Positions 18,840 through 28,773 of a DNA stretch of 64,000 nucleotides are shown piece by piece; the first letter of the stretch is position 1; every line of letters begins with the position of its first letter. Both the position numbers and the translations under genes were made by a program. Location of the stretch: the IMG/VR virus record IMGVR_UViG_3300042868_010004, positions 32,001 to 96,000 of that record, one strand, 5' to 3'. Source of the DNA: a virus. A model generated the notes under the pieces. That model was not told the origin of the DNA. It saw only the letters and a program-made list of their open reading frames with translations, and did no database searches.

Positions 18840-20180
18840 ATGGGTCGCAAAACCAAAACATTTACGGAAGAACAGGAAAATGAAATTATTAAGGATTACC
18901 TCGGGGGTATGTTCCACAAGGAGCTACTAAAAAAGTGGGCTCTGGCCCATTATAAGTGGCGCGAAATCAAAGACCGGCGTGGCGTCGGTGATAGACGACC
19001 TGATTACTCCCATTTACCCAAAGATGAGGTTGCCGCTGATTACTCCGCTGGCATGCGGATTCCGGCCCTGATGGAAAAGTATAAATGCACGAAAGACGCG
19101 ATTTATGACATTACCAAACCTCTTAAGGTGGAAAGTCCGTTCTGGGTGCGGAGGGGATCTTCTGTGGAGAAGAGAATTTTAGAGCTACATGCCCTTGGTT
19201 GGCCCGCTCTTCCGATTGGGCGAGAGGTAGGAAAGAGCCAGTGCTGTGTTATTGGATGCTTGGAGAGGAATGGACTGAAGGCAGATAATCATTTGGCGGT
19301 TCCATTAGACGAGCACGATGTTGTTTGCGCTAGATATTTAGCGGGGGAAAGTTCGGAAGATATTGCTAAAACTTACCAAACCGCCGGATGTGTTATCCGT
19401 AATGTTTTAGAAAAAAATGGAATTGCTCGCCGTGGGATGAGTGAAGCTAGGCAAATTTATTCTATTAATCAAGATTATTTTGACGTAATTGACTCGGTAG
19501 AAAAGGCTTATATTATCGGTTACTTTTATGCGGATGCATGCAACAAAACCTACGACAGAACGGTTTCGATGGGCCTTTCCATTGTTGACGAAGAAATTCT
19601 GCATAAAATCAAAAAATGGATGGGAACAGAAGATAGACCCCTTCGCTATTTTCAACACGAGACAAAAAGCGGAGAAATAAAAGATTACGTTGAGCTAAAT
19701 ATTTATAACAAAAAAATTAGCGAAAAACTAGAAGAGATAGGTATTGTTCGCGCGAAAAGCTATGTTGAAATTCTTGATCTACCCAAGGGGATTCCCTACT
19801 CCCTGATACGCCACTTTCTTCGCGGGTTGATTGACGGTGACGGATGTATTTTCACGGCTAACACGGCAGAGTTTAACTTGGATTGCAGCGTCATGGGTAA
19901 TCCCGTATTGCTCGGAAAGTTGGCCGACCATATTCATAAAGAAATTGGTTATCTCCCAACTATTCGTGAAGCTAATTTGATAGAAAATACGAAATGTCGT
20001 AGCCGAAACATGTATATCGCCGGGAATCGGAATTGCGTTAAATTCCTGCAATGGCTCTACAAGGATCATAATGGTGCTCGGCTTGAAAGAAAATATCAAA
20101 AGTATAAGGGTGTAATTTCTGATTATTTTTCCAGAATTAAGGGTTCAGAAGATTTAGCGGAGTATAACTATGTTCATTAA
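18840..20180 (+). CDS. LAGLIDADG homing endonuclease with N-terminal HTH-like repeats
   Basis: KAYIIGYFYADAC and RHFLRGLIDGDGC motifs; C-terminal LERKYQK. Confidence 0.9.
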   Translation: MGRKTKTFTEEQENEIIKDYLGGMFHKELLKKWALAHYKWREIKDRRGVGDRRPDYSHLPKDEVAADYSAGMRIPALMEKYKCTKDAIYDITKPLKVESPFWVRRGSSVEKRILELHALGWPALPIGREVGKSQCCVIGCLERNGLKADNHLAVPLDEHDVVCARYLAGESSEDIAKTYQTAGCVIRNVLEKNGIARRGMSEARQIYSINQDYFDVIDSVEKAYIIGYFYADACNKTYDRTVSMGLSIVDEEILHKIKKWMGTEDRPLRYFQHETKSGEIKDYVELNIYNKKISEKLEEIGIVRAKSYVEILDLPKGIPYSLIRHFLRGLIDGDGCIFTANTAEFNLDCSVMGNPVLLGKLADHIHKEIGYLPTIREANLIENTKCRSRNMYIAGNRNCVKFLQWLYKDHNGARLERKYQKYKGVISDYFSRIKGSEDLAEYNYVH

Positions 20181-21081
20181 GTCAAAGATTGACGGTAAAG
20201 AATTTAACTCAATAAAAGACTTTAATGTTTATTTGAGGTCGGTTAAACTTACGCAAAAACAGTATTTTACTCAGCACGATCCCAAGTTTTGCAAGAGTTC
20301 CGGCAAGCCAATTGAGTTCAAGACTATTGAACAATACCTTTTGACTGATTTTTTTGATAAGAACGAAATCAAAAAGTGGTATAAAGCCAATCCTACGGAG
20401 GCCAAGCAATACACGATAGATATTCTTAAAAAAAGAAAGGAAATAAAGGGTCTATCCTACCAGATGGGCGAAACTGAATTGCGCAGTCTCGGATTACCTA
20501 GTCCGAAGTATTTTTTGCAAACCTTTGAGGATTATGGATTCTTCTGCGCTGAATTAGGCATCAAGGAAAGGTATAATTACTCTCTCAACATTTCTTGTCG
20601 GCTAGTTCCAGAATCATCCATTATTATTGATACGAGAGAACAATCAAACATATCATTCGCGGGGGCGAAAACCGAGAAGATTGAATATGGCGACTATTGT
20701 TTGGCGTCAAACCCGAAATTATCAATTGAGAGGAAGTCGTTACCCGATCTGATCTCTACATTAGTTACGAATTTTGATAGGTTTGAGCGGGAGGTAATTA
20801 GATGTAAAGAAGATGGCGGCTATCTGGTCGTTTTATGCGAATCTGCCCTGACGGACGCCTTATCTTTCGACTATTTGCCACATATCAAACGATACACCAA
20901 GATAAAACCACAAGTCGTTTTCCACAACATCCGAGATTTATGCCAGAGATATGAAAATATCCAATTTGCCTTTTGCGACGGGCGAAAGCACATGAAAGAT
21001 TGTATAAAGAAAATTCTGACCTGTATCAATGATGTTTCCAAGATGGATTTACAGTATTTAATTAAGGAGAAAAAACTTTAA
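20170..21081 (+). CDS. ERCC4/XPF-family nuclease domain protein
   Basis: IIIDTREQ, GDY, IERKSLPDLISTL...RFERE motifs. Confidence 0.85.
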   Translation: MFIKSKIDGKEFNSIKDFNVYLRSVKLTQKQYFTQHDPKFCKSSGKPIEFKTIEQYLLTDFFDKNEIKKWYKANPTEAKQYTIDILKKRKEIKGLSYQMGETELRSLGLPSPKYFLQTFEDYGFFCAELGIKERYNYSLNISCRLVPESSIIIDTREQSNISFAGAKTEKIEYGDYCLASNPKLSIERKSLPDLISTLVTNFDRFEREVIRCKEDGGYLVVLCESALTDALSFDYLPHIKRYTKIKPQVVFHNIRDLCQRYENIQFAFCDGRKHMKDCIKKILTCINDVSKMDLQYLIKEKKL

Positions 21082-21082
21082 T

Positions 21083-22954
21083 ATGTGGATAGAATCTAAA
21101 AAAGTCGGGCGAGACAATAAAGATTGGAACGCCGAGCTACGTAATATAAAGGACTCTCTGACGGACGAAGAAGCCCGCGTTTCTTTGTGCCAATTTTTGA
21201 GACACAATCTCAAATTTACCACATTCATTCTTACGGGCATTCGTCTCGCTCCGTATCAATCGCTTCTAGTTAAGGCGTGGTTCAAAAAAAACTTTTGTCT
21301 TAATGTCCTTGGGCGCGGATGCGGTAAAACCTTCAGCGCGGGTATCTTTGCTTTGCTGTATGCAATTTTCTTCCCGAATGAGCACATCCTAGTAGTCTCC
21401 GCAACCTTTCGTTCAAGCCGTCGAATATTGGAGGCTATTGACAAGTTAGCTAGGGGACGTGGCGGCGCTTTGTTGATGCAAGCATTCGGAACACAAATGA
21501 AGAAAGGTAACGACATGTATACTATTTCTTTCAAGAACGGATCTAGTATCAGTGCGGTTCCATTGGGTAATTCTGACAAGCTAAGAGGTCTTCGTTGCTC
21601 CGTTCTAATCCTCGACGAGCTATTACTAATTCCGAAAATCGTTGTAGAGACGATACTTATGCCATTCTTAAGTGCTTCCGCGAACATTCCTGAGAAGATG
21701 CGTATTCGCTCTATTGAGGACAGACTCATTAAGAAAGGGGTGATGAAGGAGGAGGAGCGGCGGAAGTTTGAGTCTACAGCCAAACTAATTGGGCTATCTT
21801 CCGCATCTTTCACTTTCGATTATCTGTATGAGATGTATCAGTCTTATTTGGATAAAATCAATAAGGGTGAGTGTGATGGCCGTTATTTCGTCTCTCAGTT
21901 AAGTTACGAAGTGGTTCCGAAAGACCTTCTAGACCCGAGCATTATTGACGAAATGGTTAATGGTAGTATGTCAAAGGCTGTCGTTGATCGAGAGATGCGC
22001 GCTATGTTTACGTCAGGTAGCGAAGGGTATTTCTCAGCGGTTAAAATGAAGGCGTGCTCAATTCCTGATGGAGAAAAACCCTCCGTGGAATTGGTGGGCA
22101 AGCCAGAAGATCAATATGTCTTGGCAATCGACCCCTCTTTCTCAAGTGCGGAACACAGCGATAATTTTGCGATGTGTCTAATGAAAATCGTAGAAAAGAA
22201 GGATGGCCGCAAAATTGGCATGGTTGTCCATCAATACGGGGTGGCTGGTGGCGACCTAAAGAGTCATATTTGTTACCTGCATTATATCCTAACCTGCTTT
22301 AATGTTGTTTATATTGCCATTGACTCCAGCGGCGGTGATTCCAACGAGTTTATTTCTAGTGCAAATAATTCCAAGGTTTTTAAAGACTCGAAAATTGAAA
22401 TTCTTGATATTGAGGCTGACTTCAATAAGGATGATTATGTTAATCTACCTACGCAAATAAAGCGGAGCTACAATAAGGGCGCGGGTCGCATAGTTCAGAA
22501 ACAGGGTTTCAACGCCGTCTTTCAAAGAGCCGCTAACGAACATTTACAAGCATGCTTGGATTTCAAACAAATTCTTTTTGCGAGTAAGGCCGCTTCTCTG
22601 ACAGACGCTGGTTCATTAGTAGAGGGCGTAGAGCACCTTTTAACCCCGCTGAAAAATCATGAAAGTTTTAATAATCCAGAAGAGAACAGCCCTCTAACTT
22701 TCCTAGAAGAGCAAGACCGACTTTTGGATCAGGTTAAAAAAGAATGCGCGCTGATTGAGCCTCGCCTGAGCGCGCTTGGAACGATGACCTTTGATTTGCC
22801 CACATCATTAAAGCGTAGTCGTAGCCCGAATCGCCCGAGAAAGGATAATTATTCCGCCCTCTTTCTTTGCAATTTCGCGCTCAAACTATATTTGGAATCT
22901 CAATCGGTTGAAGTTGAAGAAATCCCCGAGACTTTTACTCCCTTTGCCGTCTAG
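21083..22954 (+). CDS. terL: terminase large subunit
   Basis: LGRGCGKT Walker A, LILDELLL Walker B, LAIDPS RNase H-like nuclease, C-terminal KDNYSAL; upstream of portal. Confidence 0.92.
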   Translation: MWIESKKVGRDNKDWNAELRNIKDSLTDEEARVSLCQFLRHNLKFTTFILTGIRLAPYQSLLVKAWFKKNFCLNVLGRGCGKTFSAGIFALLYAIFFPNEHILVVSATFRSSRRILEAIDKLARGRGGALLMQAFGTQMKKGNDMYTISFKNGSSISAVPLGNSDKLRGLRCSVLILDELLLIPKIVVETILMPFLSASANIPEKMRIRSIEDRLIKKGVMKEEERRKFESTAKLIGLSSASFTFDYLYEMYQSYLDKINKGECDGRYFVSQLSYEVVPKDLLDPSIIDEMVNGSMSKAVVDREMRAMFTSGSEGYFSAVKMKACSIPDGEKPSVELVGKPEDQYVLAIDPSFSSAEHSDNFAMCLMKIVEKKDGRKIGMVVHQYGVAGGDLKSHICYLHYILTCFNVVYIAIDSSGGDSNEFISSANNSKVFKDSKIEILDIEADFNKDDYVNLPTQIKRSYNKGAGRIVQKQGFNAVFQRAANEHLQACLDFKQILFASKAASLTDAGSLVEGVEHLLTPLKNHESFNNPEENSPLTFLEEQDRLLDQVKKECALIEPRLSALGTMTFDLPTSLKRSRSPNRPRKDNYSALFLCNFALKLYLESQSVEVEEIPETFTPFAV

Positions 22955-23018
22955 CTTTTAATTGTCGCAAAAGTAGATTCAATTCTACAATTTCTACTTT
23001 CTCATTCCGTCTTCCGGC

Positions 23019-23027
23019 GTGTAAACC
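23019..23027 (+). promoter_or_regulatory. putative late promoter GTGTAAACC, 9 nt between GTGTAA and the portal ATG
   Basis: pyrimidine tract upstream; same spacing at 10315, 25160, 38966 and 50097. Confidence 0.65.
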
Positions 23028-23033
23028 TCTTTC

Positions 23034-24977
23034 ATGCCTCGGAAATACACTAAAAAGTCGGAGTTTTGGAATCTTAAATCTGCCGCCGCTGGCAATTCTA
23101 CTTCGGCCCCGCTCGCCGAACAAATCGCGGAGTCCCGCCTATCCGAACCCAGCATTCCAAATATTACGTATGATGATATTGCCTTGGCCGACTGCCGAAC
23201 AGAGGGGCGTTCAAGCTATCGGAATCTAGAAGGGCCGGGCACACAGGGCATTTTCGCGCAGACTTCATTTCCAAACATCTCCTCTGGAGTTCTTCCTTAT
23301 TGCAACAAAAACGGGTCAATCAACGTTAGGGAGTCCATTGAACTTTGTCAGCGTGCTTATGCTAACGTCTCTATCTTCCGCTCGACTATTGACATCATGA
23401 CGGAGTTTTCCAACTCCAAACTCCAACTCAGAGGCGGTTCGGCGGCTTCCCGCTCCTTCTTCTCTAAATGGTTCGAGAAGATTAATATACATAATCTGAA
23501 AGAAGAGTTCTTCCGGGAATACTACCGGTCAGGTAATGTTTTTATTTACAAGATTGATGGAAAGTTCAAGTCGGATGATTTCGTTCAACTGATGGGAGTT
23601 CGGAATAAGATCCCCTTGAAGTATCTTCTTTTGAATCCCGCTACGATTGCGGCGACCGGCGGCATTGGGTATGATTATGCCTACATGAAGTTAATGTCAA
23701 AGTATGAGATTGAGAAATATAAGAATCCCAAGACTGATGAGGATCGAGCTGTCTTTAATGCTCTTCCCGAAAATGTAAAAAAGCAGATCAGAGCGTATAC
23801 TACCAGTTATTCCGAATTGTATATGAATATTGAGCCGGAAAAGCTCTTTTATGTCTTCTATAAGAAACAAGGATATGAGCCATTTGCGGTTCCAATGGGG
23901 TTTCCCGTTCTGAATGACATCGAATGGAAACTGTCCCTGAAAAAGATGGATATGGCGCTAGCTCGCACGGTTGATAGTATCATCCTGCTTGTGACCATGG
24001 GTGCTAAGAAGGACGATGGCGGTATTAATTATAAGAATATTGAGGCAATGCAAAAACTACTTGCCAATCAGTCGGCGGGGCGGACAATCGTATCGGATTA
24101 TACTACCAAGGCTGAGTTTGTCATTCCAAAATTGGAAGACATTCTTGGAAAAGAGAAATACGAGGTTGTTAACAAGGACATTGAAGACGGCTTGCAGAAC
24201 ATCCTTCTAGGCGACTCAAAGTTCGCCAATCAGATGATTAAGACAAAGGTGTTCCTTGAACGTCTGAATGAGGGTCGCGATGCCTTTATTGACTTCATCT
24301 ATCCGGAAATGAAAAAAATCGCTGAAGATTTGGGTTTCCGTTATTGCCCCAAACCGGTCTTCGAAAAAATCAATCTGAAAGACGAGGCTCAATTTGCCCG
24401 TGTTGTTACTCGTATGGCCGAACTCGGTATTTTGACGCCTGAACAGGCTTTTGAGACTCTTGAGAGCGGACTGTATCCCGATAATGAATCTCTGGTTCCC
24501 GCGCAAGAAAAATATAAACAAGAGAGAGATAAGGGCCTTTGGACTCCGCTGCTTGGCGGGTCAAACCAAGGGGAAGGCAAAGATGGGCGACCAACCGGGA
24601 CAGGAACCCCGAAAAAGAGTAATCCAATTGGAGCAAAGGGCAAGGGTCTGGCTTCGGAAGAGTATTCTGCCAAGAAAATTGCCTCCGTTTTTGAATTAGC
24701 TACAAGCTTAGAGGGTCGGGCGGTTGCCGAGCTGAAGAAAAAGCATGGGGTTAAGAAACTTAATAAGGCTCAGACGGCGGTTGCCGAGCAAATTACCAAA
24801 ACAATCGTGGAGTCTAATAAAGTCAAAGACTGGGATTTGGCCTTGGATGGATTTATTGAAAAAGGACAGCTCTTGGAGGACAAAGAATTTATTTCTGCCG
24901 CCATGGATTTAGCTGCCGAGAAAGAATTGGATCTTTATCAGGCTTCTGTCATGCTGAACTCAAAGGAGATTGAATAA
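23034..24977 (+). CDS. portal protein
   Basis: 647 aa, between TerL and the protease; AYANVSIFRSTIDIMTEF N-terminal pattern typical of portals. Confidence 0.8.
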   Translation: MPRKYTKKSEFWNLKSAAAGNSTSAPLAEQIAESRLSEPSIPNITYDDIALADCRTEGRSSYRNLEGPGTQGIFAQTSFPNISSGVLPYCNKNGSINVRESIELCQRAYANVSIFRSTIDIMTEFSNSKLQLRGGSAASRSFFSKWFEKINIHNLKEEFFREYYRSGNVFIYKIDGKFKSDDFVQLMGVRNKIPLKYLLLNPATIAATGGIGYDYAYMKLMSKYEIEKYKNPKTDEDRAVFNALPENVKKQIRAYTTSYSELYMNIEPEKLFYVFYKKQGYEPFAVPMGFPVLNDIEWKLSLKKMDMALARTVDSIILLVTMGAKKDDGGINYKNIEAMQKLLANQSAGRTIVSDYTTKAEFVIPKLEDILGKEKYEVVNKDIEDGLQNILLGDSKFANQMIKTKVFLERLNEGRDAFIDFIYPEMKKIAEDLGFRYCPKPVFEKINLKDEAQFARVVTRMAELGILTPEQAFETLESGLYPDNESLVPAQEKYKQERDKGLWTPLLGGSNQGEGKDGRPTGTGTPKKSNPIGAKGKGLASEEYSAKKIASVFELATSLEGRAVAELKKKHGVKKLNKAQTAVAEQITKTIVESNKVKDWDLALDGFIEKGQLLEDKEFISAAMDLAAEKELDLYQASVMLNSKEIE

Positions 24978-25165
24978 TGAAATCTATTTTAAATGGCCTA
25001 CTGTTGCTATTGATTATTCTGTTGGATTTCGTTTTGTTTTTCGGTGCGGTTGTGTTCGGAATCATCTTTACGCTCACATTTCTAGTTTTATATTTCCCAA
25101 TAAGCTTTCTTATTGCCTTTGGAAGCCTTGGCCGAGATATTCTATTTTGTAAAAAAGTAGTGTAA
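24977..25165 (+). CDS. small hydrophobic membrane protein (62 aa)
   Basis: TAATG overlap with the portal stop; ~45 consecutive mostly hydrophobic residues. Confidence 0.6.
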   Translation: MKSILNGLLLLLIILLDFVLFFGAVVFGIIFTLTFLVLYFPISFLIAFGSLGRDILFCKKVV

Positions 25166-25174
25166 TCCTATTTG

Positions 25175-26818
25175 ATGCAAGTTGACGACTCTTTAAAGGA
25201 TTACCCATACTCAGCCTGCTTCCTGAGTGTCGCCAGCGTTATTAAACCAACGGATGAGGATCATGAGGTTGCCAAGGCGTCTCTACAATCCCTTTCCGGC
25301 CTTCTCCCTCCCGACGTTACCCCGGAAGAGAATCCTGATTTAATTTATTTTGCGGCAAATGGAGCCGTGGCAGGTATTTGTAATGAGAATGATGACTGCC
25401 TAGACCCTGCTACGGCATTAGAGATTTACCCGCAATCTAAACACAAATATATCAATGTCGATCACAAACGGGATATTGTAGTCGGCAGCGTTCTGTATCC
25501 CGGGCTGTCTAAATATGGCGAGAACACTCTAATTGATCGTGAAGCGGCGGCGGGCGAAAAGTTTTTCAATCTGTCCGTCGTCGCCATAATGTGGAAGGCA
25601 ATCAACAAAAAACTTGCCGAAATTCTATCTATTGCGGGTGACGAGTCCTCCTCTGAGTTCGGCAAAGTCTCTCTGTCGTGGGAGGTCTTTTTTAAGGGTT
25701 TCGACATTGCTATTGGCTCGCCGATCCTAGCCGAGGCCCGAATCGTAACTGATCCCGCTGAATACGAAAAACTCCTGCCCTATCTTAAACACAACAAAGG
25801 TCGAGGTGAATACGAGGGGCAAAAAGTCTATCGTGTCATTCGAAATACTGCCGACTCAAAAAATGTAATCATCGGCGGCTACTCATTAGTAACAAATCCG
25901 GCGGCTCAGGTTGAAGGTATTCTAAGTATTCTTAGTAACCCTCAGTATGATGTCTCGGATGAACGAGTCGCCGAGATAATTCCGGAGGATAATAAACAAA
26001 AAGAAAAAAATCTTTCAATTTCCGATAATTCTTTTTCCCAAACTCCGAAAACCTTTGTAAACCCCAATATAGCACACTCTGAGACTGTGACTCAAACTCA
26101 CTCAACCCTTACAATCAAAAAGTTCATGGACATTCAAAAAGTAGAAGATATTACCTCCAACTGGAACGAGTTTTCCAAGTTGGAAGAGTCTGTCGCCTCA
26201 ACCAAGATTTCCGAAATCTGGAAGACCGGGCTGAAAGAAGCCTCTGATAAGTTCGTTGCCGAGATTTCCGCCAAGGATGCCGCACTTGCCAAAACTCAGG
26301 AAGAGGCCGCGAAGGCTGTCGCTGAAGTCGAGGTTGTCAAAGCGTCTTACAATAAGGTGATGGCCGAACTTGATGCTATTAAACAGGGCATTAAGGCCCA
26401 GATGGATCAGGAAGCTTATTCCGCCCGCATGTGCGAGATGGAAGATGAGTATGATTTGGATGATGAAGACCGTAAGGTTGTCGCTTCTGAAATTATGGGC
26501 ATGGATGACGAGACCTATGCTGGTTATAAGAACAAGTTCGCTTCTTTCGCCAAGTTCAAGTCCAAGAAATTCAAAGCTCAGATGGAAGAGGAGATGCGCG
26601 CCAAGTGCATGAAAGAGATTCAGGAAAAGGCCGCTGCCGCGACTTCTACCGCTTCCACTAAAACCAAAGAGGAGATCGCCGAAGAGGCTCTAGCTTCCGC
26701 CAAAGCAAATCCCGGTTTCGTTCCCGCTCCCCATACCGACACCCAAGTCAGTCTTCTTGACAAGTATTCCGCTGCTTTCGGTAAAGACGCCGTGAAGGTT
26801 TCTTACAAGACTCGTTAA
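25175..26818 (+). CDS. prohead protease fused to a coiled-coil scaffold domain
   Basis: YINVDH (His) and VSLSWEV (Ser) pattern; acidic/basic coiled-coil C-terminal half; position between portal and capsid. Confidence 0.8.
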   Translation: MQVDDSLKDYPYSACFLSVASVIKPTDEDHEVAKASLQSLSGLLPPDVTPEENPDLIYFAANGAVAGICNENDDCLDPATALEIYPQSKHKYINVDHKRDIVVGSVLYPGLSKYGENTLIDREAAAGEKFFNLSVVAIMWKAINKKLAEILSIAGDESSSEFGKVSLSWEVFFKGFDIAIGSPILAEARIVTDPAEYEKLLPYLKHNKGRGEYEGQKVYRVIRNTADSKNVIIGGYSLVTNPAAQVEGILSILSNPQYDVSDERVAEIIPEDNKQKEKNLSISDNSFSQTPKTFVNPNIAHSETVTQTHSTLTIKKFMDIQKVEDITSNWNEFSKLEESVASTKISEIWKTGLKEASDKFVAEISAKDAALAKTQEEAAKAVAEVEVVKASYNKVMAELDAIKQGIKAQMDQEAYSARMCEMEDEYDLDDEDRKVVASEIMGMDDETYAGYKNKFASFAKFKSKKFKAQMEEEMRAKCMKEIQEKAAAATSTASTKTKEEIAEEALASAKANPGFVPAPHTDTQVSLLDKYSAAFGKDAVKVSYKTR

Positions 26819-26912
26819 TTTCTCCCTATAATCAATCAACCAATTCAGACAGACAATCAGTTCAAACCTAGTTTACTTTAAGCTCTAAAACCCTTTCAAC
26901 CTATAAAACAAT

Positions 26913-27506
26913 ATGGCTACTATCAATACCCGTCTCCTCCCCTTTCGTGACTATGATGAGCACGAAGTTCTTGGCTTTTTCGCGCTGAATCAAACCGGCG
27001 TTGCTGGCCAATTCGTTTCGTTCAGCACTTTCGACCCCGACAATCAAAAGGGCTTTAGCTCTGTTTCTCCGGGCGCTGATTATGATAACGTTTACTCCAA
27101 GCGTTATGAAGTTAAAGCCAAAGTCGCCCCTGCCGCTTCTGGCACCAAGGCTTCTCAAGTCGCTGGCATCACTCTTTATAGCACTCTCGAATTTGACGAG
27201 AATGGCGAAAAGCTGATTTTCCATCCCGAGAAGAAAGACAAGCTCAAAGCCGTGACCTCCGGCGAGGGTGTTCCTATCCTCAAGCGTGGTCTCGTTACCC
27301 TTACTCAGGGCGCTTATCTCGGCACTCCCGCCCCCGGCTCTTACGGTGTTATCAGTCCTTCTGGTGATGGCAAGATTCTCGCCGTTTCTGCCACTGGTCT
27401 CGTTACTACCGGCGTTGGTTACAAACTTGATGATGTTGTCGGTCGCTTCATCAGCTCCGCTGGCACCAAGCAGGGCGGCTATGCTCTATTCGAGGTTTCC
27501 GTCTAA
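26913..27506 (+). CDS. head decoration / capsid auxiliary protein
   Basis: 197 aa, Gly/Ala/Thr-rich, high-expression codon bias, directly upstream of the major capsid gene. Confidence 0.7.
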   Translation: MATINTRLLPFRDYDEHEVLGFFALNQTGVAGQFVSFSTFDPDNQKGFSSVSPGADYDNVYSKRYEVKAKVAPAASGTKASQVAGITLYSTLEFDENGEKLIFHPEKKDKLKAVTSGEGVPILKRGLVTLTQGAYLGTPAPGSYGVISPSGDGKILAVSATGLVTTGVGYKLDDVVGRFISSAGTKQGGYALFEVSV

Positions 27507-27553
27507 TCACTATCGGTCATTTTAACCAACCTCAATTTTAATTTACTAAAATC

Positions 27554-28678
27554 ATGAATTATATCACTCTCAAAAACGACGGCGAGCAGATTGAACTTAT
27601 CAAGGCTCTCGCGTCCAAAGACCCCGCCAAAGCTATGCAAGCCCGCATGGCCTTCGCCGCCGCTGTTGGCCCGCTCATTCAGCAGGTCATCAACTTTGCT
27701 CCCGGTTTCGCCAATATGTATACTCGTCTGGAGTTGAACGAGAACCAGAACCACGAGATCGACCTTGCTCAGTATTACGACATCAAGCAGATGGAGTTCC
27801 TGAAGATCTGGTCCCAGCGCATTGCTGGCGGTCTCCCTTCTAACGAGCTGCCCGGTAGCGAAGTTCTGAAATTCACCACCTACCGCCTTGAGTCCGCTCT
27901 TTCGGTTCTCGTGAAATTCGCTAAACAGGGTCGTATTGACTCCGTTCAGCAGGGTCTTAACTTCCTTGCTCAGAACTTCCTCGTTCAGAAGGATCAGGAT
28001 GCGGCTTTCGTAGCTCTTACCGCCCTTGCTCAGGCCGAAACCAATGACGGTCTCGTTGATAAGAAGCATATCATCCGCACTAAAACCGCTGGTAATATTG
28101 TTCTCGCAGATTTCTTGGCTCTCGGAACCCTGTCTTCGCGTATTCTCTCTTCGTGGAATGGTGGCTCTGCCGTTGGGACCATGGGTAATGGCATTACCGA
28201 TATGGTGTTTTCTGCCGAGGGTATTGAAAAGCTGAAGAGCATTTCCTTTAATCCTGTTAACACTGTTGGAACTCTTACCAACATCCCCGCCCATGAAGAT
28301 CTTCGTAAGAAGTTGTTTGAAGGCGGTGGCGCTCTCAGCTTCTATAATGTCGCCATTCAGCAGAATAACCTCCTCGGTGTTGGTCGCGAGTATAATACTC
28401 TCTTCGACACCGCCGCTGGCTCAATCGCTTATCCCGGCTATAACGCTTCTGGCACTGCCGTCTTCGACGGCTCCACTGAAGAGGTTGCGTTCGGTGCTAA
28501 TCTTGCGGCTCCCGGAATGTTTCAACCTGTTGTGCTGGACGGTGATACGGGCTCGGAAGTTACAATGTCACCCGACGATCAATACGTTGGGAGACAAAAA
28601 AAGATCGGCTTCACTGCCGAAGTTGAGCAGGGCTTTATTCAGACTGACTCGCGCACGACTATTGGATTGGTCTTCTGA
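27554..28678 (+). CDS. major capsid protein (HK97-like)
   Basis: 374 aa, strongest C/T third-position codon bias in the window, canonical position, strong terminator after it. Confidence 0.85.
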   Translation: MNYITLKNDGEQIELIKALASKDPAKAMQARMAFAAAVGPLIQQVINFAPGFANMYTRLELNENQNHEIDLAQYYDIKQMEFLKIWSQRIAGGLPSNELPGSEVLKFTTYRLESALSVLVKFAKQGRIDSVQQGLNFLAQNFLVQKDQDAAFVALTALAQAETNDGLVDKKHIIRTKTAGNIVLADFLALGTLSSRILSSWNGGSAVGTMGNGITDMVFSAEGIEKLKSISFNPVNTVGTLTNIPAHEDLRKKLFEGGGALSFYNVAIQQNNLLGVGREYNTLFDTAAGSIAYPGYNASGTAVFDGSTEEVAFGANLAAPGMFQPVVLDGDTGSEVTMSPDDQYVGRQKKIGFTAEVEQGFIQTDSRTTIGLVF

Positions 28679-28698
28679 TTTGATTAAGAAAATCTCAC

Positions 28699-28730
28699 AA
28701 AAGAACCTGTTAATTCAGGTTCTTTTTTTA
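28699..28730 (+). terminator. intrinsic terminator after the capsid gene
   Basis: AAAAGAACCTG/CAGGTTCTTTT stem plus T-run. Confidence 0.85.
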
Positions 28731-28773
28731 TTGCCTTTTTAACGGATCATCAATAAAATATAAGAACTAACAC

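Noticed and set aside
18817-20180. Intron-encoded status of the LAGLIDADG genes (also 28774)
   Set aside because: Flanks are only ~20-95 nt, neighbouring genes look complete, and there is no room for a ribozyme scaffold.
21083-22954. Intein in the terminase
   Set aside because: The length is normal and there are no C/S...HN splice motifs or embedded endonuclease.
27503-28294. Long antisense ORFs opposite highly expressed genes (also 32859-33467, 45595-46368, 21256-21813)
   Set aside because: Shadow ORFs produced by the codon bias of the capsid, tail, tape measure and terminase genes; no motifs.
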